Origin: Octopus vulgaris
Taxonomy: Eukaryota
Direction of reading: 5' to 3'
DNA: 64,000 nt
NCBI GenBank assembly: GCA_951406725.2
Contig: OX597815.1
Coordinates: forward strand, 79,174,001 to 79,238,000
This document shows, in pieces, positions 50,891-63,295 of the stretch. The translations under genes were made by a program, and so were the position numbers. Within the stretch, counting starts at the first letter, position 1, and every line of letters starts with the position of its first letter. The notes below the pieces were generated by a model. That model had not been told where the DNA came from, searched no databases, and saw only the letters and a program-made list of their open reading frames with translations.

Positions 50891-53509
50891 TTGTGACAGA
50901 GCAAAAATGGTCCGAGGTATTTGTTACATCTCTTTATGTTTTTAGTTAAAAATCGATATAATAACGAACAAGAACTTCATTAAGTTGATTATATTTCTAC
51001 GTATAGTTTTGAGTAGTTCGCTTTGTCAGATATCATTATATACAAACGAAACAAAACAGACATGTATTCTTGCGTTCGTCAACGAATAAACGAAAAAATA
51101 AAAAATAAGAATTTTTGTCATATACAAACAGATATAGGTGGGAGTTATCATTAAACACTAATAGAAAAAATTCGAGACCAATTTCTATTATGGCATATTG
51201 AAAACAGTTTTATATAGGCTAATCACGTTAATCAGTAGTTATTGGTCAACACACCTATCATGTAAGTATTTGGACATTTGTTGAATTCTGTGTTATATTG
51301 GTTGTGTTGAATTGGTTGAGTATTGTGCGGGAATCTAGTGTATATAGAGTATTGTGCGGGACATAGCGCGTAATACATGCGCTCTGGAGCCTCCTTTTTT
51401 TTGATGTGACAAATTATTTATGGGTCAGAAGGGTGAGAGCACTAGCATAGCGGGGGAGGGGGCACATTTCATCCAGTTGTAGGTTATTGTTGTAGGCAAT
51501 GTCTTTTTTTGGGGAGGTGGTCCGGGGACAGCAAACGTAAGTGCCGCCCCGGGCGGCACACACTCTAGCTACGTTAGTGGGTAAGAGTTTTTCGTCAAGA
51601 TGAGTTAGGTGGATTCCTGCCGTTTTTACCAGAGGGAAACTAATATAACGGAGCACATGTAACTAAAGACGACCCAAGCTGAATTATCCAAACGGTGGAT
51701 GAATACCCACCAGAATTTGTAATGTTTCTTGCTTTGATCCACTGTTCTGCTTTATAAAGGAATAAAGTCCCACTGTTATTTTAAAGTTAATTTCTTTTAT
51801 TACTTCCACGGGTGAACACGTAAAATTTATTAAATAATGGTATACATGATTCTTTAGTAACACCAAGGGAGACTTTAGAACGACATAAAAAAAACTGTTA
51901 ATGCCCAAATTTTCTTTAAAATATCAAAGTGGTTTTGAGGAATTGAGTCTCTGCATCAAGTACTGATTGAAAGACTATATTCTATGATATGCAAACGTTC
52001 TTATCCACTTAGTCATAAAGCGGTGGTTTTAAATTTTTGCATGCTTAAGAGTTGCTTAAATTAATTTTGTTTACGTACATATAGCAGTAACCAATAATTG
52101 AATAAAGTAACCTAACGCTGATTTCAACTAATTAAAGCTGGAATAAAATGTGAATAAGAATAAATATCCACTCAATTAACTTGTGTTTACCATATTTGTT
52201 CTTGGTGCCGAACATTAGAAGCCTGCATGAAATATAGTTTGGTATGTTTAATTTGTGCCGGTATACATAACCGACATGTGTCAGGGTAGGCTGTGGGCAT
52301 TGATAAAGTAAATTCTCGATGAAAGTGTCCGTTACCACGAGACAATAGCAAATATATATTTTAATATTTACTATGGTAATTTATTTAAACATGTAGGAGG
52401 AATATTTGGCAGATTCGCCAACACCAACTCACTGCCCGGGGAATCGAAATTGAATCAGTGTTCGGACGTAAAAAGAACTAAACAATAGACGTGATATTGT
52501 CAAGGATTGATAACGTCAGTAAGTCTCTGATAATCACATTAAAGACCTTTTTTTTTCAGTAGCCAGTAGACCAACCGCATAATACGAAAGATCCAGCAGA
52601 TGTTTAACTCATTAAGATCCCAGTGTTATATAAACATTTGGAGATGTCATTAACAAGTTTGTCTTTAGCACCTTTTCTGTGATAGACCATCGACTGTGGT
52701 CGCAGCCCAGCCAAAACCAAACCAAGGTTTGTACGAACTTATGTTCGTAGACAACGACAGTGGTTGCGACACAGTTTAAGTCAGTTAGTTGCAAGAATCT
52801 ACGCCACTCACGGCTACTCTCCTTGATGATACATAGGCTCTCTCCCATACATACATACGAACTGACTCACTTGGCTTAAATATAATTTTTCTTTTTCATC
52901 GCAACATCTTTGTTAACAATAAATAAATATTTAGTGCTTAAATCTCACACAGATTTTCGTCCATCTCTCAACTAAACCAGAAAATATCCTATTGTTACAA
53001 ACTTTTAAGTTCCGGTTCTTACTTTCACACTTTGTCTAGATACAGGATATATGAAAAGAAAAGGAAAAAGCCTTTTTTTCTGCAATACAGCTATACAATT
53101 ATACATTATACAGCCATACATCTTTTTTGTAACACGTGGTATTGGAATGTTCTAAGTATTTTCGTACTTTAGGCTGTTGAAGCTGCATCTGTTCAGGTGG
53201 TAGTTTGCCAATTTTAATCTAGTGTTGGTTTACCTTTTTGTTTTCACTCAAAGTGTGGCTTATCATTTTTTCGCAAAAAAAAGTTAAAACAAATTCTCAA
53301 CAAAATTACTGTCCATCTTCAAAAAGGTTTAAATTTTGAAATACGCATCTTGTCTAAAAATATTAAGCAGCGGACCTATTCGACAATGGTAATAACATAA
53401 AATTTCAATAATGAAACTTATTTTGAAGACGTGTTAATTGTTAAGACCATCCAGACACACACCTCACAATAGCAAAATACAGGAATTATTATTCTACCGA
53501 ATTCTGATT

Positions 53510-53945
53510 AGGCGCAGGCGTGGCTGAGTGGTAGAAGCTTGCTTCCAAACCACATGGTTCCGGGTTTAGTTCCACTGCGTGGCACCTTCAGCAAAGTATA
53601 CTATAGCCTCGAACCTACCAAAGCCTTATGGGTGGATTTGGCAGATGGAACTCGAAAGAAGCCTATCGTATTCATGCATACATACATACATACATACATA
53701 CATACATACATACATACATACATACATACATACATACATGTGTGTGTGTGTATGTGTGTGTATGTGTGTGTGTGTGTGTGTGCGTGCGCGCGCGCGAGTG
53801 TTCTACTACTGCTTGAAATTGGTGTTGGTGTCTATAAGTTTTCGTAACTTAGCAATTCGTCAAAAGAAATCGATAGAATAAGTTCCAGAATCAATTCATT
53901 CGACTATAAATTTCTGAAGGATGTGACCCAGTATGGCCACAGTAC
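53510..53945 (+). mobile_element. SINE family A with a central (CATA)n/(TG)n
   Basis: ggcgcaggcgtggctgagtggtagaagc head and a degenerate tail. Confidence 0.75.
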
Positions 53946-54587
53946 GAAGCAAGGCGTATCTTGTTGTGAATTTCTCGAAATACGGATTAGGAAAACAGCC
54001 GACAACTGATGAAAGGTCGTTCTTTGTGTTGCTTGTCATGTTTTCCATTTGTTTCTTTCGTTGCTTGCAAAAAAAATGTCCTTATTCCATGTCCTCGTAC
54101 TTCGCATTTTTTGTTGTTTATGTTTTGTGACGTCCTGTGCCCACATATACGTATGTATATACGTATACTTGTAAGTATGTACGTATACGTATGTATATAT
54201 GCATATATATATTATTTTATTATTTATACACACACACATATGTAGCAAAGGGCACGGGAAAATAGCATCAGTTTAACGTCAAAATATTAGCCATTTACAG
54301 GGGCGGATCCAAGTGCCCCTCTCAAGAAAAGAAGTGCAGAAAAGAAGTGCGCCATTTTCTCTTGGAATTGTATTCCCTTCTGACCTTGTGCCCTTCCTTC
54401 GAAAAATTTCTGGGACCGTACCTGATTTATGGAATTATACATTGAATTTCATGCAATAAATTAACATTTTAATGAACTGGAAATTAAAAACAAACATAAT
54501 ATCCAAAGATAAATAACTAAATATGTTATGAATTCGTTATTTTCCAAAGAAGAAAAAGAGAAAGTCAGCTTGTTCAATGAATTATGC

Positions 54588-54670
<83 letters not shown>

Positions 54671-57168
54671 GAAAGATGAGGAATAAGAGTTCAATATAAA
54701 CATTAAAAAACTACGAAATTCTAAAATAATCAATGCAAAATATATAATAACATGCAATTAACAGTAGTTTAACTGTTTCATTATCATTTTCAATGCATTT
54801 AAGTACAATAAACATATTAATCGTCATTATTGACAACACGTGTATACTTGTAAATAGATATGGAACAAAAATCTCTTTTTCAAAATCACATTTCTTTTAT
54901 ATTTAAAAAAAATTGTTTCAGTGTAATCAAAAGTCAATATTATTTTGTAGTAAGACAAAATTACTAAGTGAGTAATTAGATAAAAGGTAATGAAATAAAT
55001 GACGTAAGCAAAAAATTCTTAAATAATTGCAATTTCTCATTTGTTGGAGAAAGAAAACAAAATCCTAACTGTAATTGTTAACTATTAAAATATAAGGGAA
55101 GATAATTTTCAGAATTAAGAATTTATCTCTCAAGTGTATTTACGCGCACACGGAAGGGATTACTATGGATATTTTCAAGTCTATAAAACTGTATCATCAT
55201 TAAAAAAAAAAAGCCTAAACCAAGCCTGTTGATCATTTGATAGAATTTCTATATTTAGAAAAAGAATTACGAATTATAGCTAATGTAATTAACATAATTC
55301 ATAATAAAATAAATGAAAGGAAATAGCTCAAATGGGCAAATGGCACAAATTTAGATAATTATGTTAATGGAAAACGGGCTGAATCTAGAAACCCCACCAA
55401 AATAGTCTTAAGTGAAGTCTCTCTCTTAGTTTGTAAAAGGAAATAAGAATTTAAACAATACTCAAATGGACCGAAACAAAATTTTAATTATGGTGGGCAA
55501 TAACTATTTGTTATTTTTCAAGTAAAAATTTATCAAATGATCTACGATCCTAGTCAAACTATATTATACTTATGAGGTCATTGACCCTTTTTTAATCCTT
55601 TCTATCATCTCACTTAACTTTTATTTATTCAATTTATCGTTACTTACATGACGACTGTTTGATTTTTAAGCTAATCTTACACTCGTGATTGCCTATTTTG
55701 CAGACCAATACAATAGCGGAAAAAAGAGGGCACAAACTATAGTCATTGATCTAATAATTACACCATTTGACACTTCCAACACGTATTGTATTGTTCATAT
55801 TTCGGAGAAAATCAACAACCGATTTTATTCAATGATGACTAACTGCAATTAAACGAAAACACGAGGAAGTAACAGATGTTATTGTCAACATTGTATTGCA
55901 ATGAAATTAAAAGTCCAAGTCTTCAGTGACGCAATAATATTTTTATTTATTTATGACGCAAAACTAAATTTAGCAGTGTTTGACTAATATTTATTGTATC
56001 TTCTCCACAGAGAGACAATGAAAAGTTGATACCAGTAAGATTTGAATGCGGAGGGACAAAACAAAACACTGGACGAAATAATGCCCTGTGGGTTAGAATT
56101 TCTGCCATTCCACTGCAGCCTAAAGACAATAATTTCTCATATTGATATCTCACATGAACTGAATCATTATGTGTGCTATTGAATGATTTTGAAAGTACTA
56201 GTAACATGAGCTGGCTTTTTTTACAGGTTTCAAATATCAGCTCTATATTCGTTGTATTGAATGCTCATGTAGTGGTTAAGTGTGTATGTAAACAAATACA
56301 TAAACCGATTTATGATTAAAAATAATTTATTTACAGTGTTAGTTTAGTGATTGGTCACTACATACAAAATGCAGGCAACTGCTACGAGTTGCTTGAATAG
56401 AGTACATATTTGAAATGAATATGTTTGTGTGTGAGTGTGCGTGTGTGCGTGTTTCATTCGAAACAGTAGCCGATTGGCGCTTCGAGCATTTCTCTCTGTC
56501 TCTGTCGTCTGCCAAAAACTTGGGTCGTAGATAGATCTATCTCATGTGTCTGCTCCCGTCTCTGCTGCGATTGTCTCTGCTTGCCTTTCTGTTTCACCCT
56601 TGTATTTATAATATTTGTGGCAGCTAGAAAAACAGACATACTGCAGCAGAGTTAGTACCTTAGTAGGTCAGCGCTTGTCCAGTTGAACTTCGCCTGACAT
56701 GGCTGAGGTCGCAGGTCAAAGGGAGATGATCAATCATTTTTTGACAGAACAAAGCAAACCTTTTTTCGCGCCTGTTGATTGTCGTGGTTTGGGCGACCGA
56801 GGATTCTTGGATTCGGTTTCGAATCTAGGCTTAGAGAAGGAAGTGCTAATTCTTACACTCCTTTTGTTTTATGAAACGAGTTTGATCACTGTGGTGTCGG
56901 TGGAGAGGATGACAGAAAGGGGAGGGCGGAAGTAGGGCTTGCAGGGCGCATGCGCGGTAGGAAGCGGAAGCGGCGAGCGACGAGGAACGTGTGGCATCGA
57001 CGAGGGAGCAGTTGCAGCTGAGATAAAGAAGGCACAAGACGTATCGAGCTGGCTGAGAGAGATCTGAACTTCGCTGAGTTTTCGGTAGACTAATCTTCGC
57101 CGAGGTTAGGCCTGATTATATTTCCATTCTCCTTTTTTCTGTTGTCCTCTTTCATCGTTCACACCACA

Positions 57169-57180
57169 AGCTATTTCGGC
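57169..57180 (+). promoter_or_regulatory. Non-canonical primer-binding site complementary to tRNA-Phe nt 1-12
   Basis: AGCTATTTCGGC is the reverse complement of GCCGAAATAGCT; it directly abuts the 5' LTR. Confidence 0.75.
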
Positions 57181-57211
57181 ATATAAACAATCGGTTTTAT
57201 AAATAAAAATA

Positions 57212-57967
57212 ATGCAGAGAGCTCGGGTTTCGCACGAACTTATAACACCGTTTTGCGGCGACATAGATGTGGTCGCTTGGTTGAAGAAAGTGAAGTTGGT
57301 GGCGAAGCTCCATGGTATAGGTGACCTGGCGAGCTTCATGCCGCTGTACTTGGATGGCCCGGCGTTGGCGTTGTATTTAGAGATGGAGGAGACGGACCAA
57401 CTCAGCGCGGAGAAAGTAGAAATCCGATTGATGGAGAACTTTGCGGAGGAAATGTTCGAGGCATACGCTCGCCTGGTTAGAATGAGATGGACTGGGCAAC
57501 AGGTGGACGTGTTTGCCAATGAACTTAGAAGACTGGCTAGACTGGCGGGTTACGAGAGAGAGTCGCTGGACCGGACGGTTAGGTTGGCGTTCGTGACTGG
57601 CTTTCCCGACAACATGTCGGTCGAGCTACAGAAGCTTCCGAATGTGCATTCGATGCCGATGGCGGACATCATATGTCGGGCGCGCGTACTAGTTTCGTGC
57701 AGCAGGATGACGTCGGTAGCAGCGACTGCAACGTCGAAAAGTGGCCCAGCTAGGAGCAGCGGAGAGGGGCTAAAGAAAGAACATGTGCGACCGTTTAAAG
57801 GACAGTGTTTCCAGTGCCAAGGTCCACACATGGTGCGTGACTGCGTGTCACCCAAGCCTGAGGTGATTTGCTACCGGTGTCGAGAGCCGGGGCATATAGC
57901 CAGCGAGTGTCTGCGGGGAAACGGACTGCGGGAGACTACTGCGCCATTAGTCGTCCCTTTGGATTAG
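57212..57967 (+). CDS. gag: Gag with two CCHC zinc knuckles
   Basis: 251-aa ORF; CFQCQGPHMVRDC and CYRCREPGHIASEC. Confidence 0.93.
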   Translation: MQRARVSHELITPFCGDIDVVAWLKKVKLVAKLHGIGDLASFMPLYLDGPALALYLEMEETDQLSAEKVEIRLMENFAEEMFEAYARLVRMRWTGQQVDVFANELRRLARLAGYERESLDRTVRLAFVTGFPDNMSVELQKLPNVHSMPMADIICRARVLVSCSRMTSVAATATSKSGPARSSGEGLKKEHVRPFKGQCFQCQGPHMVRDCVSPKPEVICYRCREPGHIASECLRGNGLRETTAPLVVPLD

Positions 57968-57977
57968 TAGAGGCGCG
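57916..57977 (+). promoter_or_regulatory. -1 ribosomal frameshift signal (slippery site plus H-type pseudoknot)
   Basis: G GGA AAC in the gag frame; 7-nt spacer; stem GGGAGACTA/TAGTCgTCCC; loop GCGCC pairs with GGCGC 57972-57976; the -1 frame leads into the protease. Confidence 0.8.
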
Positions 57978-60700
57978 CTTATCATCGCTACCTGTGGTCG
58001 ACATTCTGGTGGAGGGGAAGATGTCGCGAGCCCTTGTGGACACGGGCTGTACAACGACCCTGATGACTACAGAAGTGGCAGAGACGTGGAGTGGAGGAAG
58101 CAGTGTTAGGGCTGTCGACGGAAGAGAAGTACACTGCGGAGGGGTTACAGATGCGCAGATTGCAGTGCAGGGACTATAGCTGACGTTGCGAGCGATTGTG
58201 GTTGGTCACTTGATGGACGAGATTGACGTGGTGATGGAGATGGATGCAATCACCCACTTGGGAGGTGTCACCGTTAACGAGGCTGGTGTAACGTTTGGGT
58301 TAGCGGGGAAACCGTGTAGGGCGAGACCATGCACCGGAGACAACCGTGAGGAAAAGGATGCTGCGCACACCATTGAAGACCAGGATTTTCGGGCTGTCTT
58401 TGATGGCAAGAGGTGGACAGTGGAGTGGTACTGGAAGGGAGAGCCTCCAATGTTAAAGAATAAAGTGGGCTGCTATCAGCATACTCTAAAAGGAGATGCC
58501 AGAAGAGAGTTCGAGGGGGAGGTGGAGCGGTGGATTAAGGAGGGCATATTGATCCCTTGGGAAAAAAGAAGAGAGCGGAGTCCTGCCACTGATGGCGGTG
58601 ATACAGCCCACAAAGCATAAGGTCAGGCCAGTGCTTGACTTCCGAGAGCTGAATGACCACGTGTCGTGTCATACAGGCGGCGAGGCCACGGCTGTCTGCG
58701 GAGACAGCTTGCGAGAGTGGAGGCAGATGACGGGGGCCTCCACGATTGTTGATTTGAAGTCGGCATACCTACAGGTGCATGTGGCTGAGAAATTATGGAA
58801 GTACCAGCTCGTCAGGTGTAAGGGCCGGACGTACTGTCTGACCAGGTTGGGATTCGGGCTGAATTCAGCGCCAAAGATTATGGCAACAATTCTCAAGGCC
58901 ATCCTGGGGAAGGTGGACAGGGTAAAAAGGGCCACCAATTCGTACATCGATGACATTTGGTGGATGAAACCGTGATACCAGCAACGGAGGTCACAGGCCA
59001 CCTGAAGAGTTTTGGACTGATCGCCAAGCCGCCAGAGGCAATGGCGGGAGGTGCTGCACTGGGCCTCAAGCTATAGAGAGACAAGGCCGGCGCGTTGGTG
59101 TTTCGGCGAGGGAATGAGGTCCCTGAACTGGGCGCCAGCTTGAGTAGACGGGAACTGTTCTCTGTGTATGGGAAGCTGGTGGGACATTACCTGATTGCAG
59201 GTTGGCTCCGAACAGCATGTAGCTTCATCAAGAGACGAGCCGAAGGAGTGAAGTGGAATGATAGAGTGGGGGAGAGGACGATCAACATGATGCAGGAAGT
59301 CTTGGTCAGAGTAGGAGCAGAGGACCCAGTGAGGGGCAGCTGGTATGTTCCCAAATCAAAGAGCGGGATCGTATGGTGTGACGCCAGTAGCATCGCAATA
59401 GGGGTTGTCTTAGAAGTGGGAGGTGTCATGGTGGAAGATGCAGCCTGGCTCAGGAAGACGGATGACTGCAATCATATCAACGTGGCGGAGTTGGATGCCG
59501 TGTTGAAGGGGGTGAACCTAGCCTTGAAGTGGGGGTTGCACACCATAGAAATCAGGACTGATTCGGCCACTGTACTTGGTTGGGCGACAGCAGTCATCAC
59601 CGATGAGCGGAGGGTGCGGACCAAAGGGGCAGCAGAGATGCTGGTAAAGCGCCGATTGGGAATACTGCGTGAACTAACCACTGAGTTCAATCTGAAGCTG
59701 AGCGTGATCTTTGTGCCTTCCAAGAAGAACAGGGCAGACGTCCTGACCAGGGTAAAGCGAGCCTGGTTGCAGGTGCCAGAGGATGCGAAGCAGGCTGTAG
59801 CTGCAGTATGCCGTCTGAGCGACTCGGAGTTGCGGAGACTGCACACCATGCATCACATGGGTGTGGACAGGACATTGTTCCTAGCCAGAAAAGTTGACTC
59901 CGACGCAACAAGACAGAGCGTGCAGAGAGTGGTTAGCAGTTGTGACAGGTGCCAGTCCATCGACCCTGCTCCGGTCGTACATGAAGCGGGAAGTATTCCA
60001 GTGGACCAGGACTGGAAACGACTGGCGGTGGACATAACACACTACCGGCAGGGGACATACCTCTCTATGGTTGACTGCGGACCGGGGCGGTTGGCCATAT
60101 GGAGGGAGATGAAGACGGGGACTGCAGAAGAAATTGTGAAAGTGTTGAATGAGATATTCCTGGAACGAGGCCCCGTGGATGAACTGCTTCTGGACAATGG
60201 CACTGCATTTCGCTCGGGTGCTGAAAGAAATGCTTGATGAGTGGAAGGTCAACCGCTTCTTCAGGGCGGCATACCGGCCAAGTGGAAATGGGGTGGTGGA
60301 AAGGCATCATCGTACCATCAAGGCCATGGCAGAGAGGGGTCACATTTCACCAATCGAGGCCGTGTTTTGGTACAATATGTCGCCCAGATTAGGACAGGCT
60401 GAGGAGTCGGTGCCACACAGGGCAATATTCAGGTACGAGTGGAGGCATCCGTGTACTACATCAATGCGACCCGGAGCAGAGGAAGAGCACGCCTTCGTGC
60501 AGGTCGGGGAGGAAGTCTGGGTAAAACCCCCAAACGCACGGTGTACATCATAATGGGGAAAGAGGACAATAACCTCTGTAAATTCAAAGAATAACATCTC
60601 GGTCGATGGTATGCCACGCCACGTTTTGGATATACGGAGGATTGTCCATGCCTCAGAGGATGAGACCAGCAGCAGTGGGCAAGATGAAAACAACACCAGT
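57916..60700 (+). pseudogene. pol: pol (aspartic protease, RT, RNase H, integrase) broken by stops and frameshifts
   Basis: ALVDTGC; RPVLDFRELN, DLKSAYLQ, RLGFGLNSAP, YIDD; WCDASS, HINVAEL, TDS, NRAD; HTMHH..CDRC, LAVD, LLDNG, NGVVER. Lesions at about 58177, 58570, 58960, 60225 and 60551. Confidence 0.93.
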
Positions 60701-61439
60701 AGACAGGATGATGAGGCCAGCAGCAACATACCAGAACAAGTCCTAGGGTCGCACTGCGACCACAGAGGGAACGGCACCCTCCTCCCTGGTTGGCTGATTA
60801 TGAAACCAGTTAAGGTGCGAGTTCGGAAGCGCGGAGCGAGTGAGAAAGCTGGTTCAGTGATCTGTAGATCAGGGGGGGGGGGGCGTGTGGTGTCGGTGGA
60901 GAGGATGACAGAAAGGGGAGGGCGGAAGTAGGGCTTGCAGGGCGCATGCGCGGTAGGAAGTGGAAGCGGCGAGCAACGAGGCACGTGTGGCATCGACGAG
61001 GGAGCAGTTGCAGCTGAGACGAAGAAAGCACAAGACGTATCGAGCTGGCTGAGAGAGATCTAAACTTCGCTGAGTTTTCGGTAGACTAATCTTCGCCGAG
61101 GTAAGGCCTGATTATATTTCCATTCTCCTTTTTTCTGTTGTCCTCTTTCATCGTTCACACCACAATCACTTACTCTACTCCCATATTACACTCTGCATAT
61201 CGTAATCTAAGAAGCTTTGTCCACAACTTGAAATATTTAAATACATATTACACGGAAGAACGTTCTCCATATAGTATTTTGATAAAGAATTTGTTAAACC
61301 TTAACAACTCGAGAAAAATACATACCAACACTATCGAAAGAATAATATGCACAAAGGCTGTTTGAGAATATAGTGGGCATCGTTGAGCGTAAGAGATAGT
61401 AAGTATACGCTGATGATTCTGCGTATCAGTGTACGATCA

Positions 61440-62390
61440 TTTATAGTCAAGAAGATACTAATAAACAATAAAAAACATTAAAAAAACCCCGATCGGATAT
61501 TCTGGATTTGATAGCGAGTGTTAAATTCTTTAATCTCTTTTAAAATATGCTAACGACTGACATTAAAACTTTTTAAAACAATCCAAAAAAGACCTACTAC
61601 TCTACGAATAAAACTAGATACAGTTATGAGTTGGAAAAGGGCTTACGCAAAATTATCTGTGAGCCAGCTCATAGCTTATAATGACAATTATAGAAGCAAA
61701 AAAACATAGCAGTAAGGATGGAAATTAATGACAGAACAGGCACCATAAAAAAGTAACGACTTTATCACCATCAAGAATCATAAGATGAACCTTGTTTTTT
61801 TAAACCCTAAATATAGGTTAATAAGGCCAGCTAAGTCTGAGATTTGTCTCGCTCGCAAGAATATTCTAAAATTTATGAGATAAAAGTAGCTATCAACATT
61901 TTCCAATGGAAAAGTGTGTTGGTTTGATACTAGTATTACAAATAAAAGAAATGCTAGATTTATTCAGTTTGACATTGGAAATATTTTATTAATCGATCTC
62001 TAAACAATCATTAAAAAGAGGTACTAAATTTTGTGAAAATTTAAAACAGAATACGTGATAGCCGAATAAAAATTATAATGCATGCCAGAAAACTTTGCTT
62101 TTTGATCAGGACGCAGTCTGAGCCAAGTTGTTTTCTTCGGCTGGTTCATTTAACGTAAGAATGGGATCATTCGCTAGTACAGAGATCTGTGCTCTCATAG
62201 GGTCGTATATATTAGATACCTTAAATTTTTAAAAAATCACTCTTGCTATTTTTAATCACGTGATAGCTCGAAACCCGCAAATGAGCACACTATAGATAAG
62301 CTAAGGAAGGACACAATACAAACTTTCGGATTTTTTGACCTTTAAATCAGCATAGAAATCAACAATAATCGATTTCTTAAATGTTATACA
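61440..62390 (+). mobile_element. Degenerate Penelope-like reverse transcriptase remnant
   Basis: Across frames: NPKYRLIRPAKSEI, QWK, NKRNARFIQFDI, IMHARK, FNVRMGSFASTEICALIGSYIL. Confidence 0.75.
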
Positions 62391-63295
62391 AGCTGATGTA
62401 GACAAAAGTCGAAAAGAGATTAATCCTGAAGAACTAATGTCAAATCGGACACGTTCGGTGGTTGCAAACACACCCATTCAAAGTGGTTACGAATACCTTA
62501 AATGAAATGTGCTGATGTTCTGGCAGATTCGAATGATGATAGAAGTTGTCATGTGTGGGCTGAATTCATCGCTGTCATCGTCGAATTCCGCAGCCGAACT
62601 TGAGTGCCGTAAATTCCTACACAGTGTTCTTGGCTGTTTTACGGAAAATGGTGAACTAGCAGAAAAGCAAACTATATATAGCTACTGTCTGTTTCAGAAA
62701 AGGAAGCCAAAGACAAAATTATTAATGACAATCCTATATGTTGTTTGTCCCAAAAAGTGATTGTTTACAACACCGGAATTTAATGAGTTAAGCATCAGCT
62801 GGATCTGTTGATCTGATTGTTCAGTTTTTTGTTGATGTCATCAATCCTTAGCAACATCGTGTTATTTGTCCATGTGAATACATTGATTCAGGTTCGATTC
62901 CCAAGCAGTGAGCTGCTGTTTGGTACTACCAAATAATCCTGCTACAAAGAGAAGTTATCATTTAGAAAAGTGCACCCGCACCAGCAAACGCTTTGTTGAG
63001 TGTTATAAAAGAATATGCAATAAAATAAAATAAAATTAAAAAAAAAAAAAAGATTAATAAGAAGCTTCCCTATTAACCGTAAAACGATCCAAACAAGACA
63101 TAAAAGCATATCTATTAGTGGCAGCAAAGCAGAGAGAAGAGGTAACAGGTGTTAATAGAGGAGGTAACCAGGGTTTGAGGGCGAATATGATTTAACGATA
63201 AAAGGCTATGCATAATATTTATGTTATTAACACTAACTTACAAAAGAAATTCTAATTTTTCAAATGTTATTGAAGCTAGTAGCTTTAATAATATA

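Larger units (their letters stand above)
56890..61164 (+). mobile_element. Full-length LTR retrotransposon (gag-PR-RT-RNaseH-INT order), mutated
   Basis: 279-bp LTRs 56890-57168 and 60886-61164 (8 differences counted by eye); termini TGTGGTGT..ACACCACA; TSD ATCAC (56885-56889, 61165-61169); PPT A(G)12 at 60871-60883. Confidence 0.97.

Noticed and set aside
53995-54060. Hammerhead at CTGATGA (family also at 5190-5255 -)
   Set aside because: No downstream GAAAC/stem III visible in either copy; at most a truncated relic.
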